From assembly GCA_963753285.1 (NCBI GenBank), contig CAVWBT010000011.1, positions 69,354 through 133,353 on the forward strand: DNA of 64,000 nucleotides, in the 5' to 3' direction. The notes beneath the pieces are model-generated. The model made no database searches. It had not been told where the DNA came from and worked only from the letters and a program-made list of their open reading frames with translations. Of the stretch, positions 18,708-27,441 are shown piece after piece. Within the stretch, counting starts at the first letter, position 1. Each line of letters opens with the position of its first letter. The translations under genes were made by a program, and so were the position numbers. The stretch is from an uncultured bacterium (lineage in GTDB: Bacteria > Actinomycetota > Acidimicrobiia > Spongiisociales > ZC4RG35).

Positions 18708-18974
18708 TCAGCACCACCCCCGGACGAGATCTTCGGGGTATTCAGTGTTTGTCCCCCCTTCGGGGGGACGGACCGCCCGCTGTCCTAGCCAGGGGGACGG
18801 CGAACCCGCGAGTATGGACTGAGTGATCGGGCGGTCAGGGGGGCATTCAACCTGGGTGACGGTGAGACGCAACGCCCCCTCGGCTTGCTGGCGCAAGCCT
18901 GTTCCCCCGGAGGGGGAACAGACAATCCGCCGCTTGCATGGGGTCGGGGTGAGCGAAGGCATTCCGGTCATGGG
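18708..18974 (-). other. structured intergenic region with several perfect GC hairpins (candidate sRNA/terminator/REP cluster)
   Basis: Hairpins GTCCCCCC-TTCG-GGGGGAC (18761-18779), GCTTGC-TGGC-GCAAGC (18884-18899) and CTGTTCCCCC-GGA-GGGGGAACAG (18899-18921). No ORF is present. Confidence 0.25.
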
Positions 18975-20881
18975 TCAGATCTTCTCCACTCGGATGGCGG
19001 TCGCTTTGAAGTCGGCGGTTCCCGACTTCTGGTCCCAGGCATCGATGGTCAGGACGTTCACGTCGACGTCGTCGGGGAAGTGGATCGGCATGAACATGAG
19101 GCCCGGGCGGAGCGCGTCGCTGATCAGCACGGGGACTTCGATCGAACCGCGGCGCGATGTGACCCGCACCGTGTCTCCGTCGGCGATCTCGAGTTCGTCG
19201 GCGTCGCGCCGGCAGAGCTCGAGGGCGCCACCCGGGCGGCGTGGCGAGGAGTAGCCGCCGGATTGGACCCCGGTGTTGTACGAGTCGAGGTGGCGCCCGG
19301 TCGTGAGCCGGTATGGATAATCGGGTGCGAGTGCATCGGCGGGCAGGACGTGCTCGACCGGGGTGAACTGGGCGGACCGGCCGACGTCATCGGTCCAGAG
19401 CCTCGAGTGGAGGAACTGCTCGCCCGGGATGGGACTCGTCGTAGCACGGCCACTGGATCCCGCCGAGCTGCTCGAGGCGGTCGTAGCGCATTCCCGCATG
19501 AGGCGGGGACAGGCTTCTGCACTCGTCCCAGATCTCTTCGGGTCGTGGCATGCCCCAGTCGAATCCGAGCCGCTGGGCCATCAGGTGGAGGATGTCGGTG
19601 TCGGTCTTGGCCTCACCGGGCGGTTCGAGTGCTTTGCGGACGAGTTGCACGCGACGCTCCGAGGACGTGACCGTCCCATCGGACTCGCACCAGTCGGCGG
19701 CGGCCGGGAAGACGACGTCGGCCAGCTCGGCGGTCTTGGTGAGGAACATGTCCTGGACGACCAGGAATTCGAGTTCTCTCGAGCGCCCGCCGGGTCACGG
19801 CGACATCCGCCTCGGATTGGGCCGGGTTCTCGCCGATGACGTACAGCGCCCGTAGCTTGCCCGCTTCCATGGCCTCGAACATCTGAGTGAGATGCCATCC
19901 GCGCTTGGGGTTCAGCTCGGCGCCGTAGGCGGCCTCGAACTTGGCGAGATGTTCGGGGTTCTCGAGGTCCTGGAAACCCGGGAGCTTGTTCGGGAGTGCG
20001 CCCATGTCGCCGCCACCCTGGACGTTGTTCTGGCCGCGGATCGGAACGAGCCCGGATCCGTAGCGACCGACGTGACCGGTCAGCAGTGCGAGGTTGATCA
20101 ATGCGAGGACGTTGTCGGTTCCGTTGTGGTGTTCGGTGATGCCGAGTGTCCAGCAGATCTGCGCCGTCGGGGCTTTGGCGTAGTTGATCGCCATCTCTTC
20201 GATCAACTCAGCCGGTACGCCGGTCTCTCGGCTGGTGCGTTCGAGGGTCCATTCCTCGACGCTCGCCGCGTAGGACTCGAAGTCGCTGGTGGCCCGCTCG
20301 ATGAACTCGGTGTTGGCGAGTCCCTGTTCGATGATGACCCGAGCCATGCCGTTTGCGAGGGCGATGTCGGTCCCGACGTCGATGCCGAGCCAGACGTCGG
20401 CCCACTGGGCGGTCTCAGAGCGGCGCGGGTCGACGCAGTACATCCGGGCGCCGTTGTGGATGCCCTTCAGTACGTGGTGGAAGAAGATCGGATGGGCGGC
20501 GCGGGCGTTCGAGCCCCACATGATGATGAGATCGGTGTTCTCGATCTCCTCATAGGAGCTGGTTCCACCGCCTGCGCCGAGGACGGCCACCAGACCGGCG
20601 ACCGAAGGAGCGTGTCAAGTGCGGTTGCAGCTGTCGATGTTGTTGCTGCCCATGGTGACCCGAATGAACTTCTGTGCCAGATAGTTCAACTCGTTGGTCG
20701 CCTTCGAGCAGCTGAACATGCCGACGGCCGTGCCGCCGTGCGTGTCGCGCACCTCCGACAGGCCTGCGGCTGCCCGGTCGAGGGCTTCATCCCATGATGC
20801 GGCCCGTAGAACCCCGTCTTCGCGAACGAGTGGCGTGGTCAGTCGAGTCCGTGGTCGGCGTGAACGTGTCGTCGTCATCAT
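18975..20881 (-). pseudogene. fdhA: formate dehydrogenase catalytic (molybdopterin) subunit, selenocysteine-containing. The reading frame is interrupted by two single-base indels near 19774-19780 and 19432-19437, so this is either a pseudogene or assembly error.
   Basis: Four ORF fragments (20615..20929, 19613..20590, 19387..19749, 18975..19499) together span a complete FdhF-like protein. Fragments 1 and 2 are in the same frame across the TGA at 20615-20617, where the NNIDSCNRT-U-HAPSVAGL motif matches the FDH-H ARVUHGPSVAGL selenocysteine site. ALE(K)LEFLVVQD and DESHPG/EQFLHSRLW continue in shifted frames. The start is the ATG at 20881 (MMTTTRSRR...) with a GGAGAGGAGG RBS. Confidence 0.75.
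20584..20604 (-). promoter_or_regulatory. bacterial SECIS-like hairpin 10 nt downstream of the in-frame UGA (CGGUCGCC-GGUCU-GGUGGCCG)
   Basis: 8-bp stem with G-U wobbles and an apical GGUC(U) loop. Its position and shape are analogous to the E. coli fdhF SECIS. Confidence 0.55.
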
Positions 20882-21064
20882 CTCACCTCCTCTCCGGCCA
20901 TTGGCTCTTGGCTGTCGGCTCTTGGCCATTGTGGTACATCGGTGAGCCGTCGGGGGGCGACCGCCGGGATTCCCACATGGTGGAACTGAGGGCCTGGCTT
21001 GCCTGGCGGCTCGCCTTGGCCCGTCGTCGGTAGTCAGTTCTCGGTCATCGGTCTAGCGAGCGGG

Positions 21065-21397
21065 TCAGTCGCACACGATGACGCGACCCTCATCGAGTCT
21101 GAACTTGGCGACCACTGATGCGCTCGTGAGCTCGTCGGGGAGATCCGAAGCGATGTAGCTATCGGGCGCTGCCCATATCGATCGGGTGCTCGAGGGGAGC
21201 AGCTCCATGACAGCGTCCCAATCGGGGTTGAAGTCGATGAGCACGCCTGCGCCTCCTTCGTCGCCGCACGCTTCTTCATAGGAGATCGCATCCGTCTCCC
21301 GGACCTGGTCCGGCGTGACCGAAATCGGACCCTGCGAACACCCTGCGGTCACGGCTAGGCAAACCGCGATGAGACCTGAGCGCAGCAGATTGGCCAT
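21065..21397 (-). CDS. small lipoprotein, hypothetical
   Basis: Signal peptide plus lipobox (LIAVCLAVTAGCSQ). Confidence 0.5.
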   Translation of the reverse strand: MANLLRSGLIAVCLAVTAGCSQGPISVTPDQVRETDAISYEEACGDEGGAGVLIDFNPDWDAVMELLPSSTRSIWAAPDSYIASDLPDELTSASVVAKFRLDEGRVIVCD

Positions 21398-21498
21398 CCC
21401 CACCAGGTCGCCGCTTCCACCTCCCGAGCTGCGACGCGACCGATAACCGACAACTGATGACCGAAGACGCCGATGCGAAGCGAGGCCAGAAGCGAGGC

Positions 21499-23256
21499 TC
21501 AGAACAGGCCCACCACGTCGCCGTCGTCGTTTATGTCGACCTTGAGGTAGGCCGGGGTGGCGCCGAGTCCGGGCATCGTCCGCATCTCCCCGAGCAGCGG
21601 ATAGATGAACCCGGCGCCGACGCTGGCGCGAACCTCTCGGACGGGGACCGTGTAGCCGGTCGGGGCGCCCTTCATTGCGGGGTCGTGGCTGATCGACAGG
21701 TGGGTCTTCGCCATGCAGATCGGCAGATACCCGAACCCGGCCTCCTCGAACTCGCGGATCTGTTGGCTGGCGAGTGGGGAGTACTCGATCTCACCCGCCC
21801 CGTAGATGTCGCGGCAGATGATGTTGATCTTGTCGGTGATCGACATGTTGAGGGGATACAGGTACGAGAACTCGTTCGGCTCCTCACACGCTTGGACCAC
21901 CGCTTCGGCCAGTGCCACAGCTCCTTCGCCGCCCTTCGCCCAGTGTTCGGCGAGCACCGCGTCGAACGCTCCGGCCGCGAGCGCCTTCTCCTTGATGAGG
22001 TTGATCTCGGCCCACGAGTCGGTGGGGAACGAGTTGATCGCCACTACCACCGGCACGCCGAATCGCTTGGCGTTCTTGATGTGTGCCTCGAGGTTCGACA
22101 TGCCGGCGTTCAACAACGCGAGGTTCTCCTCGGTGTACACCTTGTCGAGCGGGCGGCCGGCGACCACCTTCGGGCCACCCCCGTGGGTCTTGAGGGCCCG
22201 GACGGTTGCGACGAGCACCACACAGTCGGGAGTGAGGCCCGATGTCCGGCACTTGATGTCCATGAACTTCTCCATGCCCATGTCGGCTCCGAACCCCGAC
22301 TCGGTGATCACGTAGTCGCCGAGGTGGAGGGCGACCCGGTCGGCCAGGATCGAGCTGTTGCCATGTGCGATGTTGGCGAATGGCCCGGCATGCACCATGG
22401 CCGCCTGGCCTTCGAGCGTCTGCATGATCGTTGGGTGCAGCGTGTCCTTCATCAGCACCGCGACGGCTCCTGCCACGCCGAGGTCTTCGAGTGTCAGCGG
22501 CTTCCCTTCCTTCGACGTCCCGAACACGACGCGACCGACCCGCTCTCTGAGGTTGCGCAGCGCCGAGGCGTAGCTGTCACCGTCGACCAGCGCCAGGATG
22601 GCCATGAGCTCGGACGCGACGGTGATGTCGAACCCGGTCTCGCGCGGCCGGCCGTCGGCCTTGCCGCCCAGTCCGACGATGACGTTTCGGAGGGTGCGGT
22701 CGTTGATGTCCACGACCCGGTTCCACTGGAGCTTGAACGTGTCGATCGACAGCCTGGTGAGACCGAGGTCGGCGAGTTCGGCGTCGTGGAGGCGTGACTC
22801 GTGGTACCAGCGTGCGTCGATGGCGGCGGCGACCAGATTGTGGGCAGCGGTTATGGCGTGGATGTCGCCGGTGAGGTGGAGGTTGAACTCGTCCATCGGG
22901 ATCACCTGGCTGTAGCCACCACCGGCGGCGCCGCCTTTGATGCCGAACGTCGGTCCCATCGATGGCTGGCGGATGGCGGCGATGGCGTTCTTGCCGATCT
23001 TGCCGAGACCCTGGGTGAGCCCGATCGTGGTCGTCGTCTTGCCCTCGCCCAGCGGTGTCGGCGTGATGGCGGTCACGTCGATGTACTTGCCTTTGGGGTT
23101 GGCGCCGATCCGTTTGAGAGCGTCGAGATGCACCTTGGCCTTGGTGTGGCCGTAGGGGATGACCTCCTCGGGCAGCAGACCGACGCGTTCGGTGAGTTCG
23201 GAGATGGGGATGACGTCGGCCGCTCTGGCGATGTCGATGTCGCTGGGGACTGTCAC
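21499..23256 (-). CDS. fhs: formate--tetrahydrofolate ligase
   Basis: Full-length FTHFS-like translation (PTPLGEGKTTTTIGL P-loop). Start chosen at the GTG at 23256 (VTVPSDIDIARAA...) with a GAGGA RBS. The first in-frame ATG would add about 30 atypical residues. Confidence 0.85.
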   Translation of the reverse strand: MTVPSDIDIARAADVIPISELTERVGLLPEEVIPYGHTKAKVHLDALKRIGANPKGKYIDVTAITPTPLGEGKTTTTIGLTQGLGKIGKNAIAAIRQPSMGPTFGIKGGAAGGGYSQVIPMDEFNLHLTGDIHAITAAHNLVAAAIDARWYHESRLHDAELADLGLTRLSIDTFKLQWNRVVDINDRTLRNVIVGLGGKADGRPRETGFDITVASELMAILALVDGDSYASALRNLRERVGRVVFGTSKEGKPLTLEDLGVAGAVAVLMKDTLHPTIMQTLEGQAAMVHAGPFANIAHGNSSILADRVALHLGDYVITESGFGADMGMEKFMDIKCRTSGLTPDCVVLVATVRALKTHGGGPKVVAGRPLDKVYTEENLALLNAGMSNLEAHIKNAKRFGVPVVVAINSFPTDSWAEINLIKEKALAAGAFDAVLAEHWAKGGEGAVALAEAVVQACEEPNEFSYLYPLNMSITDKINIICRDIYGAGEIEYSPLASQQIREFEEAGFGYLPICMAKTHLSISHDPAMKGAPTGYTVPVREVRASVGAGFIYPLLGEMRTMPGLGATPAYLKVDINDDGDVVGLF

Positions 23257-23444
23257 GGGGATCCTCGATCGAGACTGGCGGCGACGATAGCGCCCGGTGT
23301 TCCGGATGGCGGAACGAATCCACATGTCGGAACGCAGATTGTGGGCACTCTCCGTGAGATATTGACCACGGACAGTGACTAGTCCCACCACGCACAGTGA
23401 GATTGGTGCTGGGTAGCGGTGCCCATCAAGCTGATAGTGATGGC

Positions 23445-23993
23445 ATGAACCTCAGGCACCCATCCCGCGACTCAGAACGAGGAGCATCGCTCGTCGAGTT
23501 CTCGCTCGTGTTGCCGATCCTGCTCGTGATCGTCTTCGGCATCCTCGAGATGGGGATGGCGTTCGGCACCAAGATCACCGTGGGCTCGGCTGCCCAAGAG
23601 GGAGCCAGGGTCGCCTCGTTCAAGGGCAACGACCTCGACGCCGACTGCGTGGCGCTCGAATCGACGATCGCCGAACTCGGCAACGAGGTGGACCAGGTGA
23701 CCATGATCAGGATCTACCGGGTGGACAGCGCCGGGAACCGCGAGCCGCTCAATACCAACACCTACACATACGGTGGCGTCGGCGACATCAACGACTGCAC
23801 CAAGTGGAACGGGACCGTGCTCTGGCCGTCGACCGATCGCAAGGTGACGGTCGGGACCACACCGCTCGACGTCCTCGGGGTGGAGGTCGCCAGCACCCAC
23901 CAGTGGGTCACCCAGTTCCCACCATTCACCGGAGTCATCGACGTCGCCGAGTCGACGATCGTCCGGCTCGAACCGGAGGCCTACGACACATGA
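23445..23993 (+). CDS. TadE-like (Flp pilus assembly) protein
   Basis: N-terminal ERGASLVEFSLVLPILLVIVFGILE TadE/TadG signature. Confidence 0.7.
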   Translation: MNLRHPSRDSERGASLVEFSLVLPILLVIVFGILEMGMAFGTKITVGSAAQEGARVASFKGNDLDADCVALESTIAELGNEVDQVTMIRIYRVDSAGNREPLNTNTYTYGGVGDINDCTKWNGTVLWPSTDRKVTVGTTPLDVLGVEVASTHQWVTQFPPFTGVIDVAESTIVRLEPEAYDT

Positions 23994-24049
23994 GAGTCAT
24001 CCGGCGAATCAGAACCGCAACACGACCAGAAGGAAGGAGGCACCAAACG

Positions 24050-25522
24050 ATGAAACAGAGCAACACCAACACCACGGAACGAGGAGCGGCCCTCCCGTTC
24101 GTATCGATCGCGCTCGTGCTGCTGCTCGGTGCCGCCGCTTTCGCCGTCGACCTCGGATGGGTGTATCTCAACGGCAACCGGGTCCAGAAGGCCGCCGACG
24201 CCGCGGCCTTGGCAGGAGTCGTCCACATCACCAACTCGATGGCCGACGCCCAGACCGATGCCGAACTCGCCGCCAGCCTCAACGGGTTCCCGGTCGGCGG
24301 TGGGACCGTGATGGCGCTGGCTCCCACGACCGATAGCGACCTCGAGGTGGAACTCACCGCCGAGGTCGAGACCTTCTTCCTCAACGTGTTCGGCTTCGAC
24401 GACATCAACGTGTCGAAGACGTCCACCGCCCGCTTCGTCAGTGCCGTCAAGATCGGCAACCCCGGCCAATGCTTCGGGGTCGGTGCGGCGGCCGTCAGTG
24501 CCGCAAACAGCCCGTGCGCCAACACCTCGAACATCTGGGCCGCCATCTCTGGCAAGGACGCCGCCAAGCTCAACGGCGATCCGTACTCCACCAAGTGCAT
24601 CCAGTACTCGCCCGGCTGCATGTCGACCAACCCGAACCCCGAGGAGCACAACAACGGCTACAACTACGGCATCGAGGTGGTCTCGGGCACCAACAACCTG
24701 ATGATCCACCTCTACGACGCCGGGTTCTACCAGCGGCCCAACTTCAGCACCGAGACCGGTGACGGGATCGCCTACGGCGACAAGAACAACAACGGCCCGA
24801 TCACCAACTTCACGCTCTATAAGCCCGACTCGACGCCGGCCAACCCCAACGACAACACCGTCGTCCAGCCGGGTTGCTCGCTGACGCTCAACCCTGGCAA
24901 CCAGGAGGCGACCTACAAGAACAAGTGGGTGGTCTACTGCACGGTCTCAGGGCCGGTCGATCCGGGCGTGTGGGTGTTGAACGTCGAGCCGCAGGGCAAC
25001 TTCGGTGGATCCAACCAGTACGCCGTTGCAGCCACGGCCGCGTCCGGTCCGCAGCCCAGCCTCTTCGGGATCGACAACATCTCGATCTTCACGAACCAGG
25101 TCTCGTCGATCGCCAACCTGAGCCTGGCCGAGATCGAAGAGATCCACGCCGGCAAGAAGCTGATCCTCCGGTTCTTCGACGCCGGTGAAGACAACTCCTC
25201 CGACGCCTACATGGCGGTGAAGATGCCAGACGGCTCGACCGCCGACTGCACCTGGGTGGCCACCGATGAGGGCACCGTGACCTACTCGCAGGCGAGCAGC
25301 GCACCCTGCAAGATCGACACCACCAAGCCGAAGTCCGGCGGGGGCTACGAGTCGAAGTTCAACGGCCAGTGGATCACCGCCACCATCCAGATCCCCGACA
25401 CCTACACCTGCGGCAGCGACTGCTGGTGGGAGATGGAGATCAAGCTCAACCAGCCACACGACCGCACCACCTGGGAGGTCGAAGTCATCGGCAACCCGGT
25501 CCGACTCGTGGAGAACAACTGA
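24050..25522 (+). CDS. large TadG-like/pilus-associated secreted protein (Tad_N N-terminal domain, Asn/Gly/Thr-rich, multiple Cys pairs)
   Basis: ERGAALPFVSIALVLLLGAAAFAVDLGWVYLNGNRVQKAADAAALAG matches the TadG N-terminal domain. ATG at 24050 with a GGAAGGAGG RBS. Its GC content is lower than the flanking genes. Confidence 0.65.
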   Translation: MKQSNTNTTERGAALPFVSIALVLLLGAAAFAVDLGWVYLNGNRVQKAADAAALAGVVHITNSMADAQTDAELAASLNGFPVGGGTVMALAPTTDSDLEVELTAEVETFFLNVFGFDDINVSKTSTARFVSAVKIGNPGQCFGVGAAAVSAANSPCANTSNIWAAISGKDAAKLNGDPYSTKCIQYSPGCMSTNPNPEEHNNGYNYGIEVVSGTNNLMIHLYDAGFYQRPNFSTETGDGIAYGDKNNNGPITNFTLYKPDSTPANPNDNTVVQPGCSLTLNPGNQEATYKNKWVVYCTVSGPVDPGVWVLNVEPQGNFGGSNQYAVAATAASGPQPSLFGIDNISIFTNQVSSIANLSLAEIEEIHAGKKLILRFFDAGEDNSSDAYMAVKMPDGSTADCTWVATDEGTVTYSQASSAPCKIDTTKPKSGGGYESKFNGQWITATIQIPDTYTCGSDCWWEMEIKLNQPHDRTTWEVEVIGNPVRLVENN

Positions 25523-26061
25523 TGGCACGAGGGAAGCATGACAGTGGGGACGAGCGAGGGCTGGCAACGGTCGAGCTCGGGCTCATGCTCGGATTCCTGA
25601 TGCTGCTGGCCCTCGGCGCCTTCGAATACGGCATGCTGTTCTCCAAGTCACAGGACGTCGCATCCGCCTCCCGTGAGGGAGCGCGGACTGCAGCCTCGGC
25701 CGGTAGCGAGACCACCGCCGACTGTCTCATCCTCGAAGCGGCCTCGGGAACCCTGTTCGGAACAACCGGCGGCACCGTTTCGGAGATCGTGATCGAGAAG
25801 GGCAATGCCGGCAACAATCCACCCCGCCAGCGGTATCGCCCGGCGGTCGCCACCGACGACCCGCTGCTGCTCGCCTGCGGCTCGTGGTATCCCATCCAGA
25901 TCAGCTGGCCGCCGGTGAACCGTGACGACACCGGCGTGACTCGCGACTGGGTGACGGTCGAAGTCACCTACGAACACGAGTGGATCACCGACTTCCTGTT
26001 CTTCACGGGCACCGAGACGTTCTCGGAGGCGACGACCATGCACATGCCGCCCAACAACTGA
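25522..26061 (+). CDS. TadE-like (Flp pilus assembly) protein, second copy
   Basis: DERGLATVELGLMLGFLMLLALGAFEYG. Its start overlaps the upstream stop (TGATG). Confidence 0.7.
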   Translation: MARGKHDSGDERGLATVELGLMLGFLMLLALGAFEYGMLFSKSQDVASASREGARTAASAGSETTADCLILEAASGTLFGTTGGTVSEIVIEKGNAGNNPPRQRYRPAVATDDPLLLACGSWYPIQISWPPVNRDDTGVTRDWVTVEVTYEHEWITDFLFFTGTETFSEATTMHMPPNN

Positions 26062-26062
26062 G

Positions 26063-26458
26063 TCAGAATCGAGCCGGTCTCGGCCAGTAGCGGACGAGGA
26101 TGCGGAAGCTCCCGTTGATCGGGATCGCACCGAACACTCGAGAATCGGCCCTGGTCGAGCGGCGATTGTCGGACAGCACGAACACCTCGCCGACCGGGAT
26201 CTCGAACGAGCCTGACTCGATCTCCTCTCGAAACGGGTCGTCGTATGCCACGCCGTTCACCGTCCCCGAATCGAGGTCGATGGTCCCGGCCGTCGCAACC
26301 ACCCGCTTGATCAGCCAGAAACCTGGGCGGTCCGGATGCTCGAACGCAACGATGTCCTGCGGCGTGACCCGATCTACCCGATGTCCGACGACGTAGTCGC
26401 CGGACCTGAGCGTGGGGAGCATCGAGTCACCATCGACGACGAATCTGCGGAATCTCAT
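26063..26458 (-). CDS. sodX: S26-family peptidase, nickel-SOD maturation protease SodX-like
   Basis: Signal-peptidase catalytic motifs GDSMLPTL ... VLSDNRRSTRADSRVFGAIP. It is divergent from sodN. Start set at the ATG at 26458 (the alternative is 26506). Confidence 0.65.
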   Translation of the reverse strand: MRFRRFVVDGDSMLPTLRSGDYVVGHRVDRVTPQDIVAFEHPDRPGFWLIKRVVATAGTIDLDSGTVNGVAYDDPFREEIESGSFEIPVGEVFVLSDNRRSTRADSRVFGAIPINGSFRILVRYWPRPARF

Positions 26459-26526
26459 CACGCTCCGGTACGGGTGGCTCCGAGGCGGGAGTATGGTCGG
26501 ATACACGCAATCGATGGAGGTATCTC

Positions 26527-26943
26527 ATGGGTCTGTTCCGGCCCACGACCGTAGCCCACGCACACTGTGATCTGTACTGCGGCGTCTACGACCCCGCACA
26601 GGCGAAGATCGAAGCGATGTCCGTCTGGAAGTCGGCTCAGAAGTATCACGACTCCGACGACGAGGTGTTCAAGGCCCGCGCCATCAACATCAAGGAGCAG
26701 CAGGCGGAGTTGGTCAAGCACCACCTCTCGGTGCTGTGGACCGACTTCTTCACCGCCGACCATCGGTCCGAGTTCTCCAACCTCGACGACCTGTTCTGGC
26801 GGGCGATCCACCAGGCCGGCGTCGCCAAGAAGTCCGTCGACCCGGCCGACGGCGAGAAGTTGGTGCAGCTGATCGACGAGATCGCCGAGATCTTCTGGCA
26901 GACCGACAAGTCCAAGGGAATGGGCGTCTACCCGCCCTCCTGA
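26527..26943 (+). CDS. sodN: nickel superoxide dismutase precursor
   Basis: A 12-aa leader is followed by the Ni-hook HCDLYCGVYDP and then conserved NiSOD helices. GGAGG RBS. Confidence 0.9.
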   Translation: MGLFRPTTVAHAHCDLYCGVYDPAQAKIEAMSVWKSAQKYHDSDDEVFKARAINIKEQQAELVKHHLSVLWTDFFTADHRSEFSNLDDLFWRAIHQAGVAKKSVDPADGEKLVQLIDEIAEIFWQTDKSKGMGVYPPS

Positions 26944-27025
26944 TCTCGGAGGATTCAACCACAACGATGGCCGCCCTGTCCGGGGCGGCCATCGTTGTTT
27001 GTCTCCCCTTCGGGACGCCAAGCGT

Positions 27026-27170
27026 GTAGGGGCGGGGCTCGCCCCGCCCGCGACCCGGGCCGCGATGTCAGACGATCGGGACCCCAGGCGCGAGGCGTGG
27101 CGCAACGGGCCTGTTGGTGATCGACGGGTGTGACGGGGTGCGCGGCGGGCGACGTGAACGTCGCCCCTAC
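27026..27170. repeat. imperfect inverted-repeat element with GTAGGGGCG ... CGCCCCTAC termini, plus an internal GGGCGGGG-CTCG-CCCCGCCC hairpin
   Basis: Member of the dispersed GTAGGGGCG palindrome family (see 16777-16801, 16863-16891, 38191-38216, 53791-53816). It sits in a convergent intergenic region. Confidence 0.5.
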
Positions 27171-27196
27171 CCGCCAGGCCGGATGACGCGCGGTAG

Positions 27197-27436
27197 CTAG
27201 CGAGCGCGATCGGGGAGTCTGCTCGTGATGCTCGAAACGGCCCGGTCCGCCCAGGCGAAGCGGCGGGCGAGCACGGTCATGCCCGCAGCGATCGGGATGA
27301 CGCCGGGCAGGACCGGCAGGAAGATCCCGGCGATCCCGACCAGCACCAGGGTGGTTCCGACGGTGGTGATGCCCGCTGTGGAGAGCCATCGACGTGTGCG
27401 CATGCCTCCACGATGCCACAGATCAGGACTTGTCAT
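27197..27436 (-). CDS. small PGPGW-type transmembrane protein
   Basis: Two TM helices with a central LPVLPGVIP motif. Confidence 0.45.
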   Translation of the reverse strand: MTSPDLWHRGGMRTRRWLSTAGITTVGTTLVLVGIAGIFLPVLPGVIPIAAGMTVLARRFAWADRAVSSITSRLPDRAR

Positions 27437-27441
27437 GTCGG

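Noticed and set aside
18708-18974. tRNA or tRNA-Sec gene in the GC-hairpin-rich intergenic region next to the selenoprotein gene.
   Set aside because: I could find no cloverleaf-compatible arrangement or conserved GTTC / T-loop box. The hairpins are perfect poly-C/poly-G stems, unlike tRNA arms.
23990-24049. Alternative ATG at 23990 for the TadG-like gene, overlapping the tadE stop as ATGA.
   Set aside because: The ATG at 24050 has a much stronger GGAAGGAGG RBS. Either start may be real, and only the N-terminal 20 residues are affected.
27026-27170. MITE-like mobile element with GTAGGGGCG terminal inverted repeats.
   Set aside because: No target-site duplication is recognisable. Other family members are simple hairpins without an intervening segment. 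A REP/terminator-type palindrome is more parsimonious.
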